DNA from: Octopus vulgaris
Taxonomy: Eukaryota
Direction of reading: 5' to 3'
Length of the DNA: 64,000 nucleotides
NCBI GenBank assembly: GCA_951406725.2
Contig: OX597825.1
Span: 35,526,001 to 35,590,000, forward strand
Part shown: one piece after another, positions 27,070-40,161 of the stretch
Layout: every line of letters starts with the position of its first letter
Position numbering within the stretch: position 1 is the stretch's first letter
Notes under the pieces: generated by a model
What the model saw: only the letters and a program-made list of their open reading frames with translations
What the model was told of the DNA's origin: nothing
Database searches by the model: none
Translations under genes and position numbers: made by a program

Positions 27070-27135
27070 TTGCAGAGCATAGTTTTGATCTATAGACCTC
27101 TGGGTTACGAGCCCAGCATGCTTCCATTGTGCCAA
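27070..27135 (-). pseudogene. Initiator tRNA-Met-derived pseudogene or SINE head
   Basis: TGGCACAATGGAAGCATGCTGGGCTCGTAACCCAGAGGTCTATAGATCAAAACTATGCTCTGCAA aligns colinearly with eukaryotic tRNA-iMet; anticodon CAT>CGT; 5' acceptor strand lost. Confidence 0.78.
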
Positions 27136-27619
27136 TGAAAAATTTAGCAAATATATATATATATATAACATATTCCTTTTATTGTCTGTTCTGGGTTACA
27201 TTAATTCTATTACATTATCCATTATATGTTATTTATTATTAATTTCTATGCATCAACCAGTATCAAATGTACAAAATACAATAACTACACAATATAGGTT
27301 GCAGGACTGGGATGTTAATTTAATTACTGAAAGGAAACATTTCCCTCTGCTAATACTTTCAGAGTCACACTTGACAAACCACACGCTTAGATCTAAGCGT
27401 CACAAATTCTTCTTGGCGTCTCTTCATTTGCTACTTTCAGATCAACCAGAAGCAAATCAGTTCTCTGTCCCCCTCAGCACTGCTAGTCATGAACTATCAC
27501 AGAAATATGACACTTTTACATGGTACACATTTTAGAAGAAATTTTTTTTAAAGTTAAAAAATTTTTTAATAAAGCTTTATGTCATTATATTCATCATTAA
27601 ATATATATGTATATATATT

Positions 27620-27938
27620 CAGGTGGCTTAATGGTTAGGGTATTTGGCTCACAATCGTAAGGTTGTGAGTTCAATTCCCAATGATGTGTTGTGTCCTTGA
27701 GCAAAACACTTTATTTCACAATGCTCCAGTTCACTCAGCTGGCAAAAATGTGTAGTACCTGTAATTCAAAGGGACCAGCCTTGTCACATTCTGTGTCATG
27801 CAGAATATCCCTGAGAACTACATTAAGGGTACACGTGTCTGTGGAGTGCTCAGCCACTTGCATGTTAATTTCACAAGCAGGCTGTTCCATTGATTGGATC
27901 AACTGGATCTCTCGTCATCATAACTGACAGAGTGCCAG
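27620..27938 (+). mobile_element. Third tRNA-derived SINE (related copy at about 58845-59110)
   Basis: TGGCTTAATGGTTAGG A box, GAGTTCAATTCC B box, GTGTCCTTGAGCAAAACACTT central motif. Confidence 0.75.
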
Positions 27939-30900
27939 TAGTATATATTTGGGTATATATTTATGTATATGTACATATAGTTATATTGGTACTTCTAATG
28001 TTTTCTTGCATTTCTCGCTTCTCTCCTGCTGACTGGGTAACCATGTACCTCCTCTACAGCAAGAACCATTTTCTATCCCCCTCTCATCATCTGGCACAAG
28101 GTCACTCTTCCAATGCCCCCCCCACACACACACACCTCTCAAAGGATCTTTGTCTTGTAAATTACTTGGTAACCCCCACCAGTGTTGGTGCCATGTAAAA
28201 AGCATCCTGTCCACACTGTAAAGTGTCTGACATTTGGAAGGGCATCCAGCTATGAAAACCATGCCAAAACAGACCTTGCTGCTGCCATGTAAAAAGCATT
28301 GTCCACTTTGTGAGGTGGTTGATGTTAGGAAGGCCATCCAGTCGTAAAAATTCTGGGGGGGGGGGTTCCCCTCCCCACTCCCAGAAACAAGATGTCACTG
28401 GAGGAGATAAAAGCTGAGTCTTAACAAGACATGTGATAGAGTAAGAATATATATTCGTTTTCTCATGCAAGCATTGCTTGGACAAGAATTGGTTTTGAAA
28501 TAGGATGTTACGGCCAGACGTCCTTCATGTCATTAACTCTGAACTATATTTTCATTAAGTATTATACTACATATTCTGCATGTCTCCAGAAGCACAGGGT
28601 GACTGGTCAGAATACTAAAACAAAATGTTAACATCATCATCATTTCACAAGTGAACTATCAACATTGAAGCACATTTGCACATACATATATGAATATATA
28701 CACACACACACTCAAATAAGCTAATGTTTTAACAAGTCCTAAGTACATTCAGATATGTTAAATATGACTTTGCACAAATGACTTATTCCATGCTGATTTG
28801 TACAGCTGTGTGTGTGTGTGTGTATTCTTTCAGAAGATAAATAAAGATAATTTGCAATATTTCAGATTTTCTGAAGAGGCCTAGTAATGCAAATGGTCCC
28901 AAATGAGAACTTAATCAGGTTTGCAAATCCAATTCCCCAGCAACAGAGTTTAGTGGCCTCACCCTTGTCTGTAGCCCACATGAACAGAACCAATTCCAAC
29001 TGAAAAACTCATATATTCTATAATTGTGACACAATCCAAATAGAAATAAAAGAAATTCAGAGAAACCACTTTCAAGTTCTCTAAAATCAGATCTTCTGTC
29101 AAAATCTTAATTGCTAGCATGCAATTCCTACGAAGAGAAATACAATACTCCATAGCAAGTATGAAGTGTGAAACAGTTACTTCAACCTGATCAAGTAGAG
29201 ATGGTGAGATAATGGTGGAAGGCTTGATTTTCCTGGAAAATCTATCTTATAGTTCATGCCAAGCACAGGTCAATGGAAAAGAAATCACCTGTCAAATTAA
29301 TCAACTCACAAACATTCCATTGTGTTGGTTAAAAACCTACACAGTAGAATCACTTATTGAATTGTTACTATTAGTCCTATATCAACTTTGACCCAGTACA
29401 CCTATGATAAAAAAAAAAAATAGCATTCTAACAGTGACCATTTTTTTGGTCTGCAAACGATGCATCAAGGATTACACTAGTCAATGAGTCTTGCTTACAG
29501 TTTTTTTCATGATAGGAAGATATAAAAATGACTGGCTGCTATTTTTAGACATCTAACCATTTAGCACAAATATTCTATCTGCTTTATGTTCAAATTACCC
29601 AGATCTGGCCTTTCACACCAACCCTACAATGTCATTCTAAAAACAAAGTCATACCATCAAAATCTCAATGCTACGAGATAAACCACGATTAATTCAAAAC
29701 AATGTGAATAAATAAACATTACATTTGACAGAGTAATCTGCATGCTAAAGAGTTTAAACCACCATTTAAACATTTCCTACATGAAGTAGATGTATATTAC
29801 ATTATGACAAGGTGCATACTGTGTACAATGGTTGGTGATAGGAAGGGCACCCAAGCACTGAAACCTTGCTGAAGTAGACATTGAAGACTAGCACAGCTCT
29901 CAGACTAGTTGGATACTGTGAAACTGTCCGATCCGCGCCAGCATAGAATACAGATGCTAAATGATGATGATGATGATGATATACATACAATGTTTTGTTC
30001 TCTGTAAATTTATTTATGTGGGGTCAAAAGTTCTAGTGGTGGCCTTGGCAGAATAGAGAGGACAGACTGTCTCAATACATAGAACTTAAGATGCTATTTA
30101 TTGCCCTGATTCAAGAGAAAGTTGGCTGTTATTTCCAACAGCTCAAGGGACCTTAATTACAAAAACGTTAATACATACTATATCCTTTACATAAAATATA
30201 ATGTATATAGTCAATGAACATTCACAGACCAGCCCTGAGCCAGTAGACATGATCAAAAGTAGTCTAGCTATGGTCTCCCACCTTTTATATCCAGACAGCA
30301 ATCTAGGACTATATTGATCAATGTATATTTCCTTTCAAGGAATGATTTGAGAAAGATTTAGCTGCTACTCCTAGCATATTAAATAAATAATACTGGTACT
30401 GATGACTTTCTACCCGACTAAAACTACTGCTGAAATTTGTGACCTTAAGCCTAGGTTAGAAGGCCTTATTATTACCAAACATTTTTCATATTTCAACAAA
30501 TGATTAGGGTTGGGTGAGTTTAGAGGGAGCTACAGAGAATGTGGTTAAGGTTAAGAGAAGAAAAAGTTGAAAGAAACAATAATTATTTCTAACACAGTCA
30601 CTAGGACTCAAATTTGGGAACAGAGAGTTAATTAGATCAACCGGCTTCCAGTATTTGAGCGGTACTTTATTTCATCAACTCACAGAAGCAATTGTGTGTT
30701 GGCATTCAATCAAGATTAGTTGAGCTGCTTCAAATCCAACAGCAGATACCATATATGCAAGAGCCAGATATCGATTCAAGATGTGATTTAATTCTACTAA
30801 TCCATATTTTCAGACACCGGCCTCGCTAATTATGTCACTATGAAAGGCTCTTCCAATGCAACTGTAATGCTCCAATATCAATTCACATACCCCATAATGA

Positions 30901-31262
30901 TGAAAAACCAAGTCAATTAGAACAACTAAACGCTACTGCTTCAGTAGGTCTACCTTCCTTAATAACAATAATTTCAACTTCATAACTTCCTCATAAGGTC
31001 ACAAGTTTTAGAGGCACAGACATCATTTATTTAGTAGTAGTAGTAGTAGTAGTAGTAATAGCAGTAGTAAATACAAACTGCAAATCTCCATGTTAGAAAG
31101 CCAAAAATACAGAGGTGAATTAAATTTCAAATAATGCTGTAATCTGTGAGAGTTCAATGACCAAATTAATCAATGTTTATACATCATACTAGCAGAGGGG
31201 GAAATAATCTGGACACTGAGGTTTACAATTATTTATAAACTGATCTGTTCATTATATCAGAG

Positions 31263-31305
<43 letters not shown>

Positions 31306-31589
31306 ATAAATATATATATATATATATATACATACATACATACATACATACACACATACATACATACAGACACACACATGTATGAGTGCACAAGTATTCA
31401 TACAACACACAGAAACACACTAAAAAATTAAAAACTGCCTGGCAGGGAAACGGAGGATTGTGATACAATCTCACTAATGCTATAAGAAAGCTTAATGACA
31501 AACACAAACAGTCTTACTCGTGCTTGTGGAGTGTAATTACATATGTATACATATACAAATATGCACACATACACACACCAACATACATA

Positions 31590-34266
31590 CATCATCATCC
31601 TTTAACGTCCATTTTCCATGCTGGCATGGGTTGGACGGTTTGACGAGGGTCTGGCAAGCCAGGAAGCTCAACAGGCTCCAGTCTGATCTGGCAATCTTTC
31701 TACAGCTGGATGCCCTTCCTAACGCCAACCACTCTGAGAGTGTAGTGGGTGCTTTTTGCATGCCACCAGCACAGGAGCTAGTAAGGGCTGGTATCGACCA
31801 TGTTTGGATGGTGCTTTTTACATGCCACTGGCACAGGGAGCCAGTCAAGCGGCACTGGCAATAACCACAACTACAAATTCTATTTGAATGTGGTTTGATT
31901 TGATTTTGATGTACTTGGACTCAATAGGTTTCATCAAGCATGGCATGTCGCCAGACGATCCAAAGGTACTTTTTAAGTGGGCTGGTTATGCAACACTGGT
32001 GGAGGTTACAGCTGTGATCTCGCTATACATGCCGGGTCTTCTCAGTCGCAGCATATCTCCAGAGGTCTCGGTCTTTCATCATTGCCTCAGTGAGGCCCGA
32101 TGTTTGAAGGTCATGCTTCACCACCTCATCCCTTGTCTTCCTGGGTGTCCCTTTACCATGGGTTCCTTCTACTGTTTTTGAGTGACACTTCTTCACACAG
32201 CTCTCCTCATCCATCCGTAGTACATGACCATACCAGCGCAGACATCTCTCTTGCATGCTACATCTGATGTTTCTTATGTCCAACATTTCTCTCAGGACAC
32301 TTACACTCTGTCATGTGTGCACACTGACATTACACATCCAGCGGATCATGCTACCTTCATTTCTTTTGAGCCTACACGTCTTCAGCAGTCATGGCCCATG
32401 TTTCACTGCCATGAAGCATGGCAGTTCGCACACATGCTTCGTGTAATCTACCTTTCACTCTGAGCGAGAGGCCCTTTGTCACCAGTAGAGGTAGGAGATT
32501 TCTCAACTTTGCCCAGGATATTCTTATTCTAGTGGTAAAGCTCTCTGAGCATCCACCCCCACTACAAACTTGGTCACCTAGGTAGCAGAAGCTATCAACT
32601 ACTACTAGTTTCTCCCCTTGGCATGTGATGGGATATGTTTTCTGAATATCTGTGGTGTTTATTGCCCTTGTGCATCTGCCGCACATGAAAGCTATCTTCC
32701 CAGTTAATCTTTCTTTGATGTTGTTGCACCTCTTCTACGTCGATAGCTTATACTGGGTACATTTTATGGAGTTTCTATCTACACCTTTTCTACAGATCAA
32801 GCAGGGCCATCTACCAGAAGGGGTTTGTGATGTGTTCGCCTTCCTACTTACTAGGACTTTGGTTTTTACGACATTGACTGTAAGGCCCTTCGATTCTAAA
32901 CCTTGCTTCCACACCTGAAATTTCTTCTCTAGTTCTGGTAGTGGTTCTGCCTTGAAAGCCAGGTCATCAGCATAGAGGAGCTCCCAAGGGCAACCTGTCT
33001 TAAATTCCTCTATTATCGCCTGGAGGACTATGATGAATAAGAGGGGGCTGAGGGCTGACCCTTAGTGGACCCCTACTTCTACCCGGGATTCTTCACTATA
33101 CTCATTGCCAAGCCTAACCTTATTAACAGCATCTCTGCACAGGGCCTGTACAGCCCTTATTAACCATTCACTGCCCACTAGATAAGGGATTGGAGGACCC
33201 TGTCAAAGACTTTCTCCAAGTCTACAAAAACCAAGTATAGTGGTTTATCTTTGGTTAGGTATTTCTCCTGCAGTTGCCGTACCAGGAATATAGCATCAGT
33301 GGTGCTTCTACCTGGCACAAAGCTGAACTGCATCTCATCTAAGCAGACTCTCTCCCTAATTAGTTGGGCTATGATCCTCTCCGTGACCTTCATCACCTGA
33401 TCCAGCAGTTTGATACCCCTGTAGTTATTTCTATCTAAAGCATCACCTTTACCCTTGTAGCAGTTGACTAGGGTGCTGCTACGCCAGTCATTGGGTATGA
33501 CTCCTTTGTGAACTGCCTAGTTTATAATATGGGTGACTAAGCCAAGACCCACACCACCAGATATTTTAAGCATCTCAGCAGTGACTCCTGATAGGCCAGG
33601 AACTTTTCCTGACTTCATACCCTTAATTGCTTTATCTACCAGGGTGCTGTGTATTCGGATAGCTGGTCCCTCTGCTGGGTCAACATTTGGCAGGCTCTCC
33701 TCCTCCCATTCATTCTCCACATCCAGCAGCCCTTTCATAATGGCTTCTCCAAGCCTCTTTCTTTTCAGAATCATTAAAAGCAAGTGCACCATCATCCATG
33801 CAGACACATTTCTCTCCTGTGACATCACAATTTTCTGTCACACACTTTCTTGCAATCCAAAATATTTCAGTTCTTTGGTCCTCACGTTGCTGAACATTGG
33901 CAAGCTTTTTCTTTTCTGCTTCTCCCTTGCCTATGTATACCTATTGCCCAGCCTCCCTTCTGGCTATCTGGTACAGTTCCCTGCTACCCCCACTTTTCAA
34001 GGCTTTCCAGGCCTGTTTCTTTGCTCTAATGGCTTTGTCTGCTGTATTATTCCACCACCATGTTACTTTAAGTCTGGAAGGGACTTTGCACCATCTGCAG
34101 ATTTGGTCTGTGGCACTCAGTAAGCTGTCCCGTAGAAATTTCCAGCTACCCTTTATGTCCGAAGTCTGTAGCTTCTCCTCCCTCTCATCAGATTCTCGAT
34201 GAGGATGTCCCTAAATCTCTGACCATGTGAAGGGTGCTTTAGCTTCCAAGCCCTTTTCTGGATTGA
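31590..34266 (-). mobile_element. 5'-truncated, decayed RTE-clade LINE (reverse transcriptase, C-terminus, 3' UTR, (GAT)n tail)
   Basis: ORF fragments QFSFVPGRSTTDAIF, FVDLEKVFDRV, GVH*GSALSPLLF, LLYADDL, FCYLGD, LRWYGHVLRM; near-identical 18-bp flanks at 31572-31589 and 34267-34284 (putative TSD). Confidence 0.93.
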
Positions 34267-34369
34267 CACACATCAACATACATATATATATATACACACA
34301 CACAAACATTATATATATATATACATACACACACACACACACATACATACATTTTTTGATATATATAGA

Positions 34370-35220
34370 CACAGAGGTTGTGATGGGTAAATTGTCACCA
34401 TTTCATATTTTTAATTTTGCATATGAATTGTTTGTTTTTGATTTTATCGACTACACAGTAAAGTAGGGTCAGCTGTGCACTGTCTGAGAAAAAACAGCAC
34501 CATGACACAATTCACTCTGCCAGAAATTTGGAAACAACATGCTGTACTGCTTGGTATTAGTGTTGGAAGCTGCAATACAAACATTTCAGAGTGCTTGGGT
34601 GTCAGTCTGAGGACATATAACTGAGAGTGATAAAAATCAAACATCCAGTCAACATCATGGTATTCAGAGTGATCACTAGTGATGGCAATGTTATGCCCCA
34701 ATTCATCTTCCCTCATGGCCTCAGACTCAACAAGTGCCTGGAAGAGGTAGTGCCGCCCTGGCTCAAGAGAGTGGCTGCTGGAAGACCCTATGTCTAGCAA
34801 CAGGATTGCACCATGCCACACAAGCAGGAGAACCCAGTCGTGGTTGTCAGACAATTTCTGCAACTACATCACCCCTAACATCTGGCCACCTAACTCCCCA
34901 GACTGCAACCCCCTTGATTATTATGTGTGGAGTGCAGTTGAGTGAGAGACCAACAAAACTCCTTATAACACCAAAGATGAATTGAAGGCAAGGGTTATGG
35001 CAGCATTCACCAACTTAGACAAAGAGACCATCCACAAGAGTAACAGGAGATTCCCAAGTTGTCTGGAGGCCGTGGTTGAAGCCAATGGCGATTTTATTGA
35101 ATGAATTTATTATTTAGTATTTCAAGATATCTTTATGTAATCTTGGTAAATATATCTGTTAAAATGAGATGTCAGTGTTATTTTCATTTTTGTGCAATTG
35201 AGACGACTGTTCACTGCACC
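34370..35220 (+). mobile_element. Internally deleted Tc1/mariner (maT/DD37D-like) DNA transposon
   Basis: Frameshifted transposase pieces HPVNIMVF..ITSDG, GRPYV*QQD, WPPNSPDCNPLDYYVW, LEAVVEANGDFIE*; degenerate termini. Confidence 0.88.
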
Positions 35221-38200
35221 AGAAGAAAATTTCCATATTTGATGTTAAAAAGAACCATAAACTTGTTGATGAGATGAACATTCCATTGCTATCACTTCCC
35301 AGTCAAAAGTTTTACTGATTACAGTACTAACAACTCCTTTATCAAATTGATTCTTTCAAAAGTTTATCTTCGATATATTAACTGTAGAGTTTATTCTCCC
35401 CAAGCAAATCAAATATTTCACAGATAACTCAGTAGCCAGTTAGATCTAGCAAAGCAGAATGGTTCTGTTAATATTCAACATCACAAGATATCTCACCTAT
35501 ATTCAATATATATGAAGCTCAAAGAGAGAACCACAAAATTTTTTTTAAAGGTTTTTCTTTTTTTAGTCCTAAATCTTTAGTCTATATTAATTTCTAACAC
35601 AAGCAAAAGAGTACAATATCTCAAATTTGAGAGGCAGGAACAGACATTTATATAGAGCAAGGTACTTGATTTGTACATCATTTTATTAACCCTGAATGGA
35701 TGAATGTTACAGCTGACATTGGCAGAATTTGAAATAAGAACATAAAGAGCTAGAACAAATATTACAAGTAATTTGGGTAAAATATAAATAAATAAAGATC
35801 AATAGTAAGAAATGCGATTATGAACCTCATCTTTATATCATTGCAGTATATACCTGGTGTTTCTTCAGATATGTTTTGTTTAACCTAATTTTATCGTAGA
35901 AATAGTGGTCCACACCCAAAAGGAACACTTTAGATTGATTCCAAGAAAGAGTTAAGTAAGGTAGACATCCACAGTAGATGAGGTATGTGAGAGTCTACTG
36001 TTTTAGAGTTCAGGGACACATTCTCTCCAACGGCATTTTCGTAGACACAAGATAACTGACAAAAAATCTAGGAAAGATTCTATCAGCAGCATACCAGTAA
36101 ACTATCCTGATACAGGTTGACTCTCCTGTTCGATGCTAGAGAAGGTACTGTTAAACATTATCAGTGTGGAATATCAAGGATTTGCAAAAGGATTAACAGG
36201 AACAGTCACTGATTTACAATTATTATGGGAAGTATCAGTAGCTAGAAATGTGTATTTTGTTTTTATTGGTTTCAGTCATTTGACTGGGGCCATGCTGGAG
36301 CACCACCTTTAGTCGAAGAAATCGACCCCCAGGACTTATTCTTTGTAAGCCTAGTACTTATTCTATCGGTCTCTTTTGTCGAACTGCTAAGTTACGGGTA
36401 CATAAACACACCAACATTGGTTGTCAAGCGATGGGACAAACACAGACAAACATATATACACGTGTGTGTGTGTGTGTATATATGATGGGCTTCTTTTCAG
36501 TTTCCATCTACCAAATCCACTCACAAGGCTTTGGTTGGTCCAAGGCTATAGAAGGCGCTTGCTCAAGGTGCCATGTAGTGGGACTTAACTTGGAACCATG
36601 TGGTTGGGAAGCAAGCTTCTTACCACACAGCCACTCCTATGCCTGTATGTCTATAAAAATATCATAAATCAATAACTACACCAGACAAAAAGCCTTGCAG
36701 CATTTAGTTACAGCCTACCAGAGTCAATTTTGACATTTAACTTCCAATAGTTATAATGAAGTAGCACTGAAGCAGTGGGATTGGTGTTACTGACTGTGAC
36801 CGTGTATCTCATATTAGAAATCAACATAATTCTTTATTATTATTATTATCATCATCAATATTGACAGAACATTGGTATAGTGGAAGACAGAAACATGTTG
36901 CAGTATTTAGTTGAATTCCCTTACTTTCTGAATTTGAATCCTAACAAAGTCAACTTTACCTTTCATCCTTCAAGGACGGATAAAACAAAGTACCAGCTGT
37001 ATACTGTGGCCATTATGATTCAACAACTGCTTCTTTCTACAAAATCTGTATTATTGATCCTATGTGAAAAATCATTGTCATGATGCTAGTTTGTCTTTTC
37101 TCACTAGCTATGGTGAAGTTTTTTTACTGTCAGTTTGGATATCAACATAATGTAGGCACAATAACTAAAGTTTTCTTTCGAAATAGCTGGGTGCCACAAC
37201 TAGAGCTAACAACACAAGTGTGTAGTGAAAATAGAATGTATTGTCAGATAGAGAGAGGCTACAAGTTATGAAGAATCAGGGCTTATGCAGCAAGATTTAA
37301 CAAGCATCACAACCTCACACACTTATTGTGTCTCTCTTACAAAAATAAACAATATAATAAGGGCGCAAAATGCAAGTGAACAAGGTGGCACCCAGAGACT
37401 AGCAGAGGTGACAATCAAATTCTAACAATACCTCTATCAGAATTTTATAAATGAAAAGTATGTGAGTATATGTGCATGAATCCATATATATATATATATA
37501 CATATATATATAGGCACACACACACATAAAACATCAGTAATGAACAGTGTGTGAATATAAGGTGCAAGAGATAAATGACACTATACAAATGTGTTGCATA
37601 CTCTTCCCTAAACTAAAAATTCATTAAAGTCAGAACAAATTAAGATAAAATGAAAATGAAGAGAAAAAAAAAACAATATCAACTAACAGAATAAAGTAAG
37701 AGAATTCAAAATGCTGATCACACTCCCACACAGACAATCGCAGACAAATCAGTTGACTGACTGAAGCCACAAGCAAGTTTTTTTTTTTTCTTTCTTCTTT
37801 TAAGAGTGCAGTCAAAGAGATTTACGTAGTTGACAATTAGAATTATGAATAATGATTGATTTGAGTTATTGTTATAATTGCCTTGGTGGTAAAATAATGA
37901 TCATTATTATTATTATTTGCATTTTAATTGTTTGTTAAAAAAGAATCAGTAGATGTTATGATTGCAGACCCATTTACCCCTAAACAAAGTAACAGGAATA
38001 GCTAACTTAGTCTGAGTATTCATATAAGATGCTGAAAAAAAAAAATTTCAAATGACAAATTTGTGGTCGATAAAACAGGAACGAATCAAAAAAATAGACA
38101 CTGAAGTCACTATCCAACCCACGAAACCAATAAAAGAATACATACACACGCAGTGAAGTTTTGATCATATTACTAATGCAAGGGCAATAACTCTTGCCTT

Positions 38201-40126
38201 ATCTACATTGGATTGAAGTACTTGCATATGCTAATAAAACGTCTTGAACACATTTGAGTCAACTATCAAATAAAATAAGCTTAACACAGTAATACAGATA
38301 GTATAGGTTTTTGATAGTTTTAGAAGGAAAATTGATTATTAGTAAATGAACTATTCAAGATCCCAACATCATTGCTACAGGTACTTTAGAATCTGGTTTT
38401 GTAAGCACTTGAATATACTTGAATCAGCAGAAATGGTGTAATCAGTTAAATACAATTGAGATGACACAATCAGTTGAAGACCTATTTTTTTATATATGCT
38501 GACTGCCATAGCTGCATTGAAATAAGATGATCACATATCATAAACTATTATAGTATTCATTAGTTGTGGTGTTCACCAAAGAAGCAAAACATTAATGCAT
38601 TCAACTGACATGTACACCATGTATGAGAGATTAAAGCAGTGTTGCTAAAGGATAAACAATATTTGAATTAAATCTTAACTTGGGAAAAAAGTTATGTTTT
38701 TTCACAAAATACAATTACTGAATTATATTGTTTGAATTGGGCCTTATTTAATAAATACTTACGATTTTATGCCAACTTTAAGGTTTTTAGTAATTATTTC
38801 TTGTTTAGGATAAACAAAATAGCTATAAAAAAGTTATGTGGTGAAGAGAGTAAATAAGATGGATACTTTGTAGAGAATTGTAGACAAATAGAGTCAAACT
38901 AATGAAGATTTTACGTAATATTTTTTGTTTTGAACTCCACAGAATTGTTCATAACACTTTGATATTGTTTGAAAACTAGAAGAGAAATTGTCAATGGAAA
39001 AGAAATCCCTTTGTCTGCATTTGTCTCTTGTGAATTAAAAAAAAAACATCCTTGTGTAAAATCAATTCTGGAAACTCACCTGAGAGAAACATTCCCTCGT
39101 CTTTATGAAAAGAAACAGTGACAGGGTTGTGAGAGGCTATTATAGCATTGAAATATTAAAACAAACAGAACTATTTCTCGTAACCACCAACCCTACTTTT
39201 AAGAAAACAAATTTTCAAGTCCTCTCCCCTGATAAATCAGTACCTAATAGGTATGGGGGAAAGAATTTTGTTTAATTAGCAATTAAACAGTCACTGTTTC
39301 TCAAGTATACAATCATATAATTGTGACAATATATAAAGGAAATAAACTTAACACGATTGAGTTGAACAAGGAACAGTTAGTAGCTTTTAGTTGAAATGGG
39401 TAGAGCAATATTTAGCAGATTTACATGGGAAGATGGACAAACATTTAGAATTAACTGGAAGGGTTAGGACATTTAGCAACAAAATATAGAGATGTTGCAT
39501 TTCTGTAAGATGACTAACATTTTCTAAACTGAGGCATGGCTTCAACTATATTAAGAAAAAACTAAGAAGTTTTTGTCAAACAGATCACACACACAAATAG
39601 AAAAACAAAGACTTTGATCACTAAGAAACTAAAATAGATATTTGTGTTATTTATATTATATTATATTCAATAGAATATTGAATCAAGAATTTGCTTCGTA
39701 AAGTTGGGGGTCTGTAACTAAGGGAAATAATTACAGAGAAAAGTTTACAATATTTTCCAAATTTGAAGTTAGTTGAAACAAAATCTAAAGTAGATTTATT
39801 TATACATTTACAAAAGAGAAATAATACTGTATACTGTTTAATCATGTCTCAGAGGCAGTATTTAATACAAATGAAGTGAAACAACCAGGACTGGCAAGAA
39901 AACTGAGTCTGAGAAAATGTCTCATCAGAAGGTGCCTTTATGACGCCCATTACGGTAAGTTCAAACAGTGCAGTAATGGTGAGGTGCAAAAAATTCTGTA
40001 ATTACCCAGTCTCTTCAGGACTTATTTTTACCTCAGAACTCAGAATGGCAAGAATATATACCTATATGAATTTGGCAACAGTAAGATAAAACTAAATACA
40101 TACTGTATGATGTCCATGCAAATACA

Positions 40127-40161
<35 letters not shown>

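Noticed and set aside
28870-28930. CTGAAGAG hammerhead-like start (similar partial motifs at 20231, 35863 and 39922)
   Set aside because: No correctly placed GAAA and stems; core incomplete.
33533-34123. 196-aa plus-strand ORF, the longest in the track
   Set aside because: It is the antisense shadow of the RTE ORF.
35880-36240. Coding-like sequence on the minus strand (also 45700-45970 and 40860-41240)
   Set aside because: Multiple stops; probably ancient LINE debris, too degenerate to assign.
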